64,000 nucleotides of DNA from Pavona decussata (taxonomy: Eukaryota): NCBI GenBank assembly GCA_977016875.1, contig CDRNST010000119.1:682001-746000 (forward strand), written 5' to 3'. The notes under the pieces are model-generated. The model was not told the DNA's origin. It ran no database searches and saw only the letters and a program-made list of their open reading frames with translations. Below are positions 1-10,706 of this stretch, piece after piece. Position numbers and translations under genes: made by a program. Each line of letters starts with the position of its first letter. Position 1 is the stretch's first letter.

Positions 1-393
1 AGATGTTTGTTTAGCGACTCGTTTTCGAAGACAGCACTGCAGTCAAACACGACTCGAATTTGAAACGGCTTTCGCGGATGGTAAACATTGAAGTGAGGAA
101 GGTACCAAACTTTACCTCCTGCTGTGTTCAGTTGATCTGCGGGGACTCGGCTAGCGTGACCATTTCCAAGTGTCTTCTTCATAAAGGCTAAGTAATCCGA
201 CTTTAACTTGACGTCGTTCAAGAGCTTTCTCTTGAGAGACAAGAGTCTTCTCAGACAGTGTTTACGGTTGTTTGGTAGGGTGATGGCATCTGTTTTGAAA
301 GGTAGCGGTGCCTCTCAGTTTCCATTTGTATTCTTGTGTAGGCCTTTGGTAAGTATTTCTCTGAAGCGTTTGTCTTCTATAGACTGGGCTTGC
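1..393 (-). mobile_element. BEL/Pao LTR retrotransposon pol fragment (start of RT), runs off the window edge
   Basis: Minus-strand translation reads ...EAPLPFK...LPNNR...KVWYLPHFNVYHPRKPFQIRVVFDCSAVFENESLNKHL, the Pao RT N-terminal motif. Confidence 0.88.
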
Positions 394-1714
394 TCAGTTG
401 CACGAATCCAGGCTTTCACCTTGTTCCATAAACGGGTTTCCAAGTTCTTCATATGAAGATACAGTATTCAGAACGTTGTTGGAGAATGCATTCTGGACAG
501 CTGGTTGCTGCTCATGATGGGTCACATTTTCCTCTGTCAAAGAGTTACTGCCTTCAAATTCTTGAACCATTCTGGATAGTTCAGGACCTGCCACCATCCA
601 TCTTCTTAGAGCCACTGGATTCTCAGTAATTCCAACTGCGCCTCCTCCTTTAACGACGGCATTAACCTGCTCATGACAATGATTTAGCGCTATGGACAAG
701 AACAGTTTGGTGGTCTTGTGTACTACAAAAGAGCCATTACTGAAATCTTTGTACATACTTGGATGAGTGGATCAAAGGACACATGTGTCTGTAGTGCAAA
801 AGCCACTTGGCATAGTTAGAACGGGCCATCACAAACATCCATGGCAGTATCTGTCATAAGGCATCGATGTACAAAGAAAAGTTACCTTCTCTGAGAGCTC
901 TCATCAGCTGTAGACAGACCAGCTCCAGATTGAGCACTGGAGACCAGTAATAAAACTGCGGTGACTTTTTCGACATTTCATTTTTCCATTTTTCTTTTGA
1001 CAACAGGTTTTTCTTGCTCAGTTTCTCTCGACTTGGCTTGATATTTACTGTAGGCTTTACTCATCAGAATATGCTGACTTGTAGCCGTCACCTGGTGTGC
1101 GCGTCGTGTACAGGTTACATGGCTTGCCGAAAGAAATGACTCTGCTATTCCTTGCGTTGCTACTTCGATGTTGCACATGACCTCTGCCCACCCGCTTCCA
1201 CTCAGCCACTTACCAAACCTTTTGAAGGACACCATCTCTATGTGCAGTCCCCCAAGCATGATGGCAAATTCTGCTTTACTAAACTCGGGAAGTGTCCATT
1301 GAATTTGCTTTAATAAGGCAAACAGTGGCTGATCTAATGCGATGACTAGAGCCTGTAAGAGGTTGACATGCTGCAGAGCAGACTTGATCACACACATACT
1401 GTGCGCTATCATGGTCAAGGAATGAGCATTCTCTACAAACATCGACAGCAGAGAAATAATTGCAGGCTTATTGCTAGACAGTGAGGATTGAGAAGCTCTG
1501 TATGAGTCTTGTGGAGTAGTGTTTGTTCGAATCTTTTGTTTTCTTCTACTGGCAACTCACAGCTAGTCACATTAATTCCAAGCTTCTTGAATTCCTGGGT
1601 ATTTCTAATAAAGGAAAGGTAACCAGCGCCAACATCTTTTCTTTTCGAGTTTGCTGGACACTGTAGGCTTTCCCCTGTGGTTTTCTGGCAGATAACGCAT
1701 CGCCTCCAGTCCAT
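394..1714 (-). pseudogene. Degenerate Academ-type DNA transposase (frameshifted, internally deleted)
   Basis: ORF fragments MDWRRCVICQ...LQCPANSKR, ALDQPLFALLKQIQW, MLGGLHIEM, TRRAHQVT, GSFVVHKT, HEQVNAVVKGGGAVGITENPVALRRWMVAGPE match the Academ transposase pattern as I recall it. Confidence 0.65.
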
Positions 1715-2699
1715 GATTAGCTGAAAATTGAAATTCCTTTCTACTTTTCAATTTCAATACGAATAAAAAAACACGATGAAAGTATGAATTTTTGCGCCAA
1801 CATCTTGTGCCTAGGGAAAAAAAAATCTTGTGCTTAGGGTAAAATAATCTATTTCTTACTGATAGTGCAAAAAAAACTAATATTGTACGTAGAAATCATA
1901 AATAGTTCTCGCCTGAAATCACTGTAAGTGAAGGTGGCTGTCATCTTGAAAACCGTGCAAGTCCTGGACTCTAGTGCTGAAACAAAACCTTACAACCTCT
2001 AAGCGGGATTCCTGCGGCCATGCTACTTTGTGTTGCTAGAATTTTTTTTTATTTTTTGACAACACCCCGTTATATTTTCCCAAGAAAACACTGGGAACAT
2101 ATATATTCTAACATTTCATGACAGGGTATCCAAATACTATGATCAATATAAAGGAAGATAGTCACGTGAACACAAACAAAGTTGGTGCCTTCCAAGGGGC
2201 GGACAATCGGAAATCAATGGGGCGGGACAACTCCCAAAAACTACTTCTGCAAGTAAAACAAAAACAAAAAACAGTTCTGCGCAAAATCGAACAGCCTAAC
2301 GAGGTATTTAGCGTGGAATTGGGACTGTTGCTATGTTATTACAAATGGCTATGCAGTTCAAGGAAAATTCATTTCCTGAGAATATTGCACTCATCGCTAT
2401 ACCAGTTTTTCGCGTGAAACTTAACGTGGAATTTCCTTGTCAAGTAATGAATTTTCCTATAGAATTTAGGCTCTAAGCTGACTTGACTCTTATACCCTTA
2501 CCTATGCACAGCTGTCCGACTGTTTGTTTTGAAATGCTCTAGCTTCCAAGGTAGAGCTGGTCATGCAACACATGCAGTTCTTACCTGATACGAGTTGGTG
2601 ATAGTCCTTGCTGTCGCTATTAACCCCTCAAAATCTGAACACAATATTGCAAATAAATCAAATGACACATTCTTTTAGGGTTAAGGTTTAGCCTGAAAT

Positions 2700-3100
2700 G
2701 TCTAAGCATCACTAACATAGGTTTCACCAAACGAGCAAAAACTACCTCAAAAGACTCCTAGGCATCACTAGACAGAAATCAGACCATTTCATCATATTGC
2801 CTGCATCCCCTTTGACCATGCTATTACAGCACTCAGCTACATTTTGAGTATAAAACTCTGGGGGTTGGTTCATCACTGTGCTGAGTTGATTCCAGTTTGC
2901 ACCAATTGGAGTTAACATCCTGCAACATGGGGTTGAAGTCATCGGCACTACTGGCATCAGCAAGGTCTTTCTCCCGCGTATCTCCACTTCTCCCAAAAAT
3001 TGGAGTTCAAGATGCCTTGCCTGTCATTCTTTTCAAAGGACAGTGTGCTTAATTTCCTCTCGATGTTGTCTGCTAGTTAGATCTTGCTCCTCAAGTGGAC
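2700..3100 (-). pseudogene. Degenerate MULE-like transposase fragment
   Basis: Fragments FGRSGDTREKDLADASSADDF...W.KLE and FYTQNVAECCNSMVK resemble invertebrate MULE-type transposase C-terminal motifs. Confidence 0.35.
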
Positions 3101-3919
3101 TGCTTCTGGAAGCTCGCATATGAATGCATTGGCGAGATTGATCTTGCCATCTGTTGCATCTTTTCTGTTTCATAAGTAATAGTTTATACGAAGGCGTGAA
3201 GCTTTAGCTTCTTTAACTCACCCTTGCATACTTTTCGATTTGTTAGTTTTCTGTGCAAATAGCGTTTTGAAATGTACTGGGTCATCAACCTGAAACTTTC
3301 CTCTACAGCGTGCATTATTTTGGTGCACAAGCCAGACAAATATGTCAGGTGGCCAATGCGCGCATGCATTCGCACAGGTAAGGTATAAAAGCCTTACACA
3401 GGACACTTGACTTAAGGAAGAGCTAGTGTGTCAGAAGTGAGCATTTGTGTATGTATGTATTTAACTCATAATGAACAGTCTGGGAATTTCTGTCATACAT
3501 GTGGTTGTGAGTTTTTGGATAAAAAGAGAAAGAAGAATATTATTGGCAAATTTGCCAAGATTTTCGAGGCTGTATTCAATGAAAATGTGAGTGAAAATGA
3601 TGCACTGCCTCGTGCAGTTTGTGATCCTGCAAATGCCAAATTGAAAAGGCATGACGACAGTCTGAACAAGCCAAAGAACACTTGTCAGTGTTAAAAAGAA
3701 AACACCCAGTGTCTCCTTTGACATCAAGTTGTGGCGATGACCAAACAGTGACTCGCACAGAATGTAAGAAGAAGGGTCAGAGACTAAAACCGAAGAAAGT
3801 GTTCCTGTGTATATTCTACCCAATTTACCCACACCATCTGCACTAATGGTTTCTGCCTGTGTCAGTGGAGTGTCATAAACCTTACCACAGGTCGGAAAAA
3901 TGCACAATGTTGAAACGCA

Positions 3920-5525
3920 GACTGCAAAAGTACCACTATGGTACATGGACACCATTCAGTTTGAAGACTTTTTCTCAGCACCATTTGGGTAGTATGTTTT
4001 GTCCAACAAACTACTCATGAAAAAGTGGTAGAGCTCCACACAAGTTTTGTTATCACTTACATAAATAAGTGTTCGAGGGCATCCAATGCTCCTTTCCTTT
4101 AACTCCCTTGCAAGCCATGTAAAATTAACAGAAATGTCACTGGTCCCTTTTAAAACAAAAAGCTTGATATTCTTTCTGTCAGGACTAACTGTTATTTCTA
4201 AACATTTGTTTAAACTCAAACTTTAATAATATCATTTCTTATTGAAGACGAAGCAGTTGCTCTAAGGCATAAAAATGGAAGTTGCTTTGGCAATAAAGAC
4301 CTGACCTCACCAACAAGACCACACCACTTCCTACATGGCTCATTTGCATCCTTCTCACCCCTAAAAAGACCAGACAAGTGAATTTGTGACAAAGGTTAAA
4401 GAATAACATTCTACGTATTTAGTATAACAAATACAGAAAATAACATGCTAGCATCATTGTATATAGTAAAAATAAATACAATTATGCCATAATACAAATT
4501 ATTAAAAACTGAATCATTGTATAATGCAATTCCAGGGATTTGATTGGCTTAGTGGCCATGGTATAAGAGCCTTTATACCATGGCCGAGAAATGACGTCCA
4601 TTAAATTTTCTGCTGGTTATTCTTGCAGAGCCAAATCAGTAAGATCTATAAATATTTATTGATTGTTTTTAATAAAACAATTATTCCACTTGCTCTTGTT
4701 GGACATGAGATGATTATAGCCAACTCGGCACTACCCGCCTCATTGGCTATCTATCATCTCATATCCTATGCATGCTGGTGGAATAATTGTTAAATACAAA
4801 AATAATTTTTTTTGTACGTTGTATCCTGGCTTTTCCTGACCACCTGAAAGAATTAAGTAATTGCAATATCTTCATTTAGCATAGAAAACCTTACCATCCC
4901 TAGTTTACTTGTACATTTAATAACAATGTCCTTGGACGTCAGCATACAGCCGAACACAAATTTCTGTCAGGGTTGTAATTCATTCACTAATGTCTTAAGC
5001 TATCTATTTTATTGTACAGCTGTTAAACGCTTAAGCTTAAGTTTCTTACCAGTGGATAACAGTGTGAACTTCATCACAGACAACAGCAACAACATTGTGC
5101 CTGTAATGCAGCTGTGAAAACGTTTCTCTGAACTTTGTGTCCCCAACAACTGATTCTGGACTTCCATATAAGAACTGCGATTTAACCTTTCCCTCAATTA
5201 TGTCTTTGTCTTGTTTCTCACTTTCTCTAATGAAGGCAGCTTCAAAGCCAAGAGACGTCAAGTAACTGACCTGATCTTTAACAATCGAACTTAAAGGGGA
5301 AACCACAATTACCACTGTAGATGAAGGCCCATCGAAACCGTGGACTTATAAAGCTTTTTAAACGCTTGGTAAGAGCTGAAATCTCAGGCTTTTACTGAAT
5401 CCAGTGGGTGGTGCCGCAAACACATCCTTTCTATAAGCCACATGCTCAACAATTATCTTCTGTTCAGGCTTTAGATAATCAACGTCTGGAATAGACTTGA
5501 GCCCTTTGGCAATTGCTTTTTTCAT
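3920..5525 (-). pseudogene. RecQ-family SF2 helicase, N-terminal lobe, spliced and decayed; probable AcademH helicase gene
   Basis: LKPEQ, DVFAAPPTGFSKSL (motif I), VIVVSPLSSIVKDQV (Ia), FLYGSPES, VCDEVHTVIHW (II), then a GT intron from ~5048 to ~4362, then GEVRSLL, ATAS (III), SPDRKNI, PRTLIY, MYHSGT. A zf-AD-like C2C2 fragment faces it on the + strand at 3428-3694. Confidence 0.8.
4505..4793. repeat. Non-autonomous hairpin element (Crypton-derived type) within the helicase intron
   Basis: Long imperfect palindrome aattattccac...gagatgat.tagccaa / ttggcta.atcatctc...gtggaataatt at ~4678-4790. Confidence 0.5.
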
Positions 5526-6267
5526 TACTGTGCTAGTCAGAGTTGTTCAGGCGATTTCCTGAACATAGAGTTCCATAAAGTCCCAGCTATCAGAATTTTA
5601 GTTCTGTAGTTCCTACACTGGGTGGAAAACACAAAAATTGAGGCGTTGTACATTAAGGGGTTAAATGGGAACTGTTTTTTTTTCCTCAGGGAAAATGGGA
5701 TTCGGGTCACTGGAAGTTGTTATCACTGACAAAAACAATGAAAAATGGGAATGGGACTGGGATTTAGAGTAATATTAAACTCGAAAGATGGGATTTGGGC
5801 AAAATCTGGGCTAGGAACTGGGATTTAAAACCGAACCCCCCTTTACGACCCACTATACTCTCCAGTCTTTTGCATTCCATTACAGCCACCCTGATTGTGT
5901 AGCTGTGAATATTTTTAAAAAAGTAAACCTTTTATCCATAAAAAAAGTGCAATCCAAGTGACATCAAGATTTAATGTCGTGGTTACACACGGACAGGTCA
6001 AAAATACCATAAATGTGATTCGTAGCCCCCCTTTTTTAAACAGGTGAATTTTTATTTTCATGGCATTTGTAATATATTGTTCTCTGTTGGGCTGGTGTAC
6101 AACCAGTGATGATTGTGTTTAACTGTGATACCTTTTTAACTGTGTTACACTGGGATGGGGGTGGGGGTGCTACTATATGGGTGTCAAACGGGGGCAATTG
6201 GCCTTATAACGAAGATTTCAATGTTTTAATATTATTCATTATATCTAGTTTGGCAAACTTACTTCTT

Positions 6268-7955
6268 CTACAACCCCACCGAAGGAAAGAAGTGTATCAT
6301 GTAATGTGATGCCATGGTCGTCTCACTTATTACTCTAGGAATAGGAGCTGTTAATTGCTTCAGGGCGATGTCCAAACGGTGCCACAAGATATGCATATAA
6401 AGCGCTAACCTGATAGCATTCTTAGCTTTCCCATTGCATTCACGATTTTTGTTTTTTTTTTCCTTGAAGTATTTACAATACAACTTTCTTGCTCCAACAC
6501 TTAATGTTTACTCGATGGCATTCTCTTGATGACGTTCAATGTATATCTGTTCACACAAAGTTCCCAAGCTCTTGACTGCACTTTCTTGCACGAGCTGTGT
6601 CGAGAACATTTCAATTTCTTCTATTTCCCTCTGCACCTGTTCTTGGCACAGGACGAGGATTCTGTCGGCTAGGCCATTTCTACAGGCAACGACTCTGGGC
6701 CGGATTTCTCTCAGAAAACCCAGTGGCATAGTATGCGTTGACATGCTCGTCCTTGCACTTTGCACCCTACCAGTTTTCCCTTACCCTTGACTGTGTACCA
6801 GTAGTCACTGTTGTACAAATTACACATTCGCTCCATAGTGAGAGTGGTTTGAGAGGCAGACTGGGAAGTACTGATCAGTTTCTGCAAAAAAATATAGCCT
6901 TTGTCAGTGCAGAGAAGGGGTACATGCGCTCTGTCAGTCCCTGTGTGACAGTTCAAAAAAATGGTTGAACAGACCATTTGAAGACGTCTTGTCAACTTTT
7001 TTTTTTATAAATAAAAAATAAAAAAAAATACTTACAAATGAACACCGCCTGCAAATAGCGAGACATACATAAACGAATTACTATTTGAAGGCGTTGAAAA
7101 AGTCAGTTTTGAATACATTATTTGTCAAAAGAGTAAAAAGTAATGTAAAGTGAAGAAAAAAATTATGATGTATGATTGAATTATAATTAAGATGACTTTC
7201 TTATTTGAGAAATAAGAGCGCTAATGTCAGCATAACTGTCTAGAGTTTCTAAATTTTTAATAGTAATGCTTGAATTTTCTTTTTGAATATGTGCTTTGGT
7301 AGTCTCCGATAGCTTTCGGGAATGCTATTCCAAATTTTAGCCCCAACGATGGAAAAAGAGTTTTTATGATGATTGAGCCTAGAATAATTAATATAGTAGT
7401 TACCAGAAGATGCTGAGCGAGTATTATACTGATGTATGTCTTGTGTAGAAGTAAAAAGATTGCAGATATTTTGAGGTGCAGAATTAGTAGTTATATCAAG
7501 CATTAAGGTTGATGAAAGTTTAAAGGAGAGCATTGTGATTGGCAGAATGTTAGAATGAGCAAAATATGGAATCGCATGCGTTCTTAAAGTCAGAGAATTG
7601 ATCAAGCGAACAGCTCTCTTTTGGAGTATGAGAATTTTTTCTAGATGAGATTTGGAAGTTTGGCCCCAGGCAATGAGGCCGTAAGATATATAGGGAGAGA
7701 TTAACGAGTTGTAAATACTTAGAAGCAACTTAAATGCTTCACTGGATGCACAGCTTCAAGTGAGAAGTGAGTGGGTTGACACAGGCGATATTACATGCTG
7801 GAGTTTTGCCCACTCCAGATGGAGCAAGGCCAACAAAAAACAAATTACCATTTTCTTTCCATCAATCGAAAAGTTTTAGCGTTGTGTCCCCAATAAGTAC
7901 TCCAGTAGACTGCAACATTCCAGTAAGCAGCAAATCGCGGGTTGTGCCATGGGTT
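6268..7955 (-). pseudogene. DUF3987/YfjI-like P-loop NTPase pseudogene, split by a LINE and truncated by Copia
   Basis: Walker A NLFFVGLAPSGVGKT at ~7802-7849; after removing the LINE: VDKTSSNGL, VPLLCTDKG (decayed Walker B), ERMCNLY, GLADRILVL. Confidence 0.55.
6999..7725 (-). mobile_element. 5'-truncated L2/Crack-type LINE (ORF2 C-terminus, 3' UTR, tail)
   Basis: ORF 7249-7728 IYNSLISPYISYGLIAWG...LQKRAVR...HQYNTR...GAKIWNSIP; simple-sequence tail near 7000-7030; TSD caactt at 6993-6998 and 7726-7731. Confidence 0.88.
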
Positions 7956-8034
7956 GTTTCACAACTTGATCCTCTTCAGAAATAGGCGCCCCAATCGCCG
8001 CAAGTTTATCAGTAATATCCTTCATGTGCTTTAA

Positions 8035-9840
8035 CCCTTTCACTCCTGGGGGGCCTTAACACCTTAAATGCCTGTTATTCCTAGAGCTAATTAGAGCAGT
8101 CACAAATATTTACGAAAATCCAAAACATGCATGCTTAGTAGAATTTGGAGCGATTTTAGACCCCTCTATATAAAAGAAAATTATTTTGAAACATTGTTCT
8201 TTTTCATGGAAAGTTAAAATTTAGAACAAACAAAGTTGTTGAAGATCAGTTGCTACAAACTTCATGATCATAAAAAATTTTTAATTTTCCACCATTACCG
8301 CAGTCTGAGTTTTAAGTTCCCAATAGGTTGCAAGACCAAATTATTACAAGTTTATCACTTCAAATTGTACAATATAATCAAATAAATAACGTATTTAGTT
8401 TCTGCGGGTATATTAGAGTAATCTGCTTATTGAATAAGTAGGAAATTAAGAATTGTAAAGTCGATTTATATGTTCATAGCTGTGGTAGTCAGCAAAGCAC
8501 CGCTCTTTGCATAACGCAACACCACACTGATTGCATTTGTTCTTCGTTTCGTGAATCTCCCCTACGCTTCCTAAATAAACAGAGAAATTGACAACATAGC
8601 CGTTTGAAGAATCAGCTGCCATCCACCCTTTAATTCCATATTTTGTAGGTTTAGCCGGTAAATATTGGCGAAATGATAATCTGCCTTTAAACGCTATCAT
8701 TCCGTCGTCAACCGAAATGTTTTTAGTGGGTAATAGCAGCGCTGAGCGTCTCTTAGAATGGCGTTAAAGGCAGGACGACATTTGTAAAGCCTGTCAAAAT
8801 TTGCTTCTCCTCGTGCGGGTTCCTGACTCGTATCATTGAAATGCAAAAATTGGCTGATTTCTTCGAATCGGTTCTTCGATATTACTTTCTTTATTCCTTC
8901 ATTGCCCAGTAGTCGGCAACTTTGGGAAGAATATTTATGGCCATGATGGTACACATGCCAAAGTAAGATTTGACGTCTGGTTTGTGCCATCTACCAAGAC
9001 GTTGCTCATTGTCGGCTAACTTTTGGCGAGCTTAGTATTTATTCTCCTCCACAATTTCATCAAAGAGACCCTCATCAAACAACAGCGTGAAAAAATCATA
9101 TGCTCTAGGGTCGATTTCAACGTCCACAACGATTCCAGATCGAGCCGAAAAATCGTCAACAACAATGTTGCTGGGTTCAGCTGTCCATTGTTGTGGCCGT
9201 TGTTGTTGTTCTTCCTTGTTACCGTCAGTGTCTCCTTCGTTGCCACTTTTGTCGTTTTCTTCTTCATTGCTTTCCTCACGATTCTCTTCAATGCCTGAGA
9301 AATCTATATCGGAACTATCTCCCCCAATATCTTCAATGTCTTCTTCGTCTGAATTTCGAAAAATTGCCCTGTATTCGTCTAAACTAACATTTAAAGGATC
9401 GACTCACCTCGCCATTTCACTTAGGTTATGATAAATTTGGAGCTGATAAAGCAAATAGCTCTCACAAAGGAAGTTTCTCCGTTTTATCGAGTCCAAGTTA
9501 ATCATAATCTAAGTGTTGCAACACGCTTGCAGGTGAAATTTCACAATCGTTTTTTTCCCAGAAACTGGTTGTGACTATCGCTATGTTTGTGAATGCGTTC
9601 ATGATGCAAGACAAATTTCACATTCCTATATATCCTGCCCAAGAGGCCTTTGTTATGCGCAGTTACTGCAATCTGATTGGTCAATATCCTTATTACAATA
9701 GGCGAATGTTTATAAAGGATTTATTCACTGTTTGGGGAGGGGAGAGAAGTGAAAAACAATGACGGTCTTTTTGGCCGGTTTTTGAGGAAAACTCGGGCGT
9801 TTCAGATCGACCGGTTTTGGCCGGTCCAGGAGTTAAAGGG
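8035..9840 (-). mobile_element. Internally deleted piggyBac transposon
   Basis: TTAA at 8031-8034 and 9841-9844; TIR ccctttcactcctgg / ccaggagttaaaggg; PGBD motifs NRFEEISQFLHF, MIAFKGRLSFRQYLPAKPTKYGIK, and C-terminal CNQCGVALCKERCFADYH. Confidence 0.93.
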
Positions 9841-10347
9841 TTAAATGTTGATCAACCCATGTGCCTTCTTTCATCTTGGAGCAAAAATACTGTTTTTTTC
9901 AGAAGCAATTTGTTTGCGAGAGTCTCTCGCTTGAAGTGGTTTTTCAAGGCATTCAACGGTTTCTGTGATTCTTCGCACGAAGTAACCAAGTAAAGCTGAG
10001 CACTGTCAATCGCCAATACAATAATATTATTGTCGAGAACACTTTGTGTAACTGCGACTGGAAAAGTGCCGCCACCGCTGCTGACGCGTCACTTGCAAGG
10101 ACTTCTGAACCATCTACAAGATTCCATAATTCTTTCGCCATAAGCAAATGTTTCATCTGAAATTTCCAAGTGTTCCAGTTATTCCCGTCATGTTTCTTGA
10201 TCGACCAGTTCTCGTCCATGACTCACTCAAATGGCAAACTTGAAATCGAAGTTGTCATAAATTCAAAATCCTTCTTGTAAATAAAAAAAAAACTACAGGC
10301 GTTGTTCAGCTCAAGCACGACTTAACTAAACCAGTTGACAACATCGT

Positions 10348-10362
10348 CCTGGGCCCATGACC
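10348..10362 (-). promoter_or_regulatory. Copia primer-binding site (internal tRNA-iMet fragment type)
   Basis: Minus strand GGTCATGGGCCCAGG, close to the Drosophila copia PBS GGTTATGGGCCCAG, just upstream of gag. Confidence 0.7.
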
Positions 10363-10706
10363 TATTAATTTTCGCTAAGGTAAACAACCCTTTTCGTCTA
10401 TCACCAAGGGTTACAGTTACACACTAAACAAAAATACAACAGCATAAGCTATTTAAACTTAACTTCAAACGAAAATACAATAGTTTCAATAACAAAAGAA
10501 AATTCACCATCACCAATGGGAAGCTTAATTAAATATTCCTGAGAAGTAATGTCAGTGTGCATACATTAGAGTTCGAATTAACAACCGTCAAATCACGTTC
10601 ATTTTCACAATAACAACAATTGCTTCAGATTTGTTCAGACGATCTGGGAATTGTGAGTTGTGTGGCTTGAGTACTTTTCCACTTTACTTTTCAGATACAC
10701 TGTTAA

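Larger units (their letters stand above)
7957..10494 (-). mobile_element. Copia LTR retrotransposon 5' part (putative LTR, PBS, gag), interrupted by piggyBac
   Basis: gag MDENWSIKKHDGNNWNTWKFQMKHLL...; the frame VDQHL|KHMKDITDKLAAIGAPISEEDQVV is restored across the piggyBac TTAA; PBS ggtcatgggcccagg at 10348-10362; putative short LTR 10363-10494 starting TGTTA. Confidence 0.8.

Noticed and set aside
3920-5525. Functional host RecQ/WRN gene
   Set aside because: Stops, frameshifts, a broken Walker A and truncation; the context fits AcademH.
2620-5663. Possible piggyBac ends ttaacccctcaa / ttaaggggttaa
   Set aside because: The match is too short, and the interior is unrelated MULE-like and RecQ debris.
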